A program made the translations under genes and the position numbers. Below the pieces are notes generated by a model. The model was not told where the DNA came from, ran no database searches, and worked only from the letters and a program-made list of their open reading frames with translations. A stretch of DNA of 63,529 nucleotides, filler included, from Octopus bimaculoides (taxonomy: Eukaryota), in assembly GCF_001194135.2 (NCBI RefSeq). It is 6 parts of 6 records of this genome, joined end to end, with 100 filler letters (N's around TTAATTAATTAA, not from the genome) between each part and the next. Parts side by side here need not be neighbours in the genome. Positions count along the whole stretch, not along the records: positions 62,180 to 63,529 come from NC_068984.1; 5 more parts are not named here. One strand, written 5' to 3'. Position 1 is the first letter of the stretch. Every line of letters begins with the position of its first letter. Shown one piece after another: positions 63,403-63,529 of the stretch.

Positions 63403-63529
63403 CTTTCTGTATTCCCGAGCGTCAAACTAATACATCCTTTTGTTGTTTACACCACCTGTCCTCGTCTGTTGTTTTTTTCGTACATTCTCCCATATATATA
63501 TATATCTTAATATATAAAGCTGAAGTTGT

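Larger units (their letters stand above)
1194..63529 (+). other. Large PKG intron following the first coding exon; continues beyond the window unless an exon is hidden in a gap
   Basis: No sequence resembling the expected next exon (S/D-K-x-L-I-K-x-A-I-x-x-N-D-F-type) was found by eye or in the ORF track. Confidence 0.7.

Noticed and set aside
167-63529. Dozens of long ORFs in the track (HTHT, CVCV, YIYI, LSLS, poly-H/I/M/S, X runs)
   Set aside because: Translations of microsatellites, SINEs or N gaps; no protein-like content.
63500-63529. Possible Helitron-like 5' end (tcttaatatataaagctgaagttgt)
   Set aside because: Only ~25 nt visible at the window edge; cannot be supported.

Overview
Eukaryotic, microsatellite- and SINE-saturated draft-assembly DNA with many N gaps. 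The repeat landscape suggests a coleoid cephalopod, probably Octopus (inference). The only credible host coding sequence is the first coding exon (784-1193, +) of a cGMP-dependent protein kinase. It has an MGNGAS myristoylation-type start, a leucine zipper, a KRQGVSGES pseudosubstrate and ends at an AG|GTAAGT donor. The rest appears to be one >62 kb intron. It holds several modular tRNA-derived SINE families, LINE fragments (CR1, RTE, an RLE/HERO-like 3' end), Tigger and Tc1 fossils, MITEs and a Penelope-like GIY-YIG fragment. The most interesting signals are four sequence-unrelated hammerhead-ribozyme-like motifs (one with an intact core beside the Penelope endonuclease, three on the pre-mRNA sense strand). 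Others are a ~2 kb nested foldback of a ~145-bp satellite, a 4x tandem LINE 3' end, long hairpins, and a spliced 5' UTR with uORFs. All calls are by eye and repeat boundaries are approximate. Nearly all ORFs in the supplied track are microsatellite or N-gap artefacts. No unambiguous new system is demonstrated; the ribozyme cluster is the best candidate.
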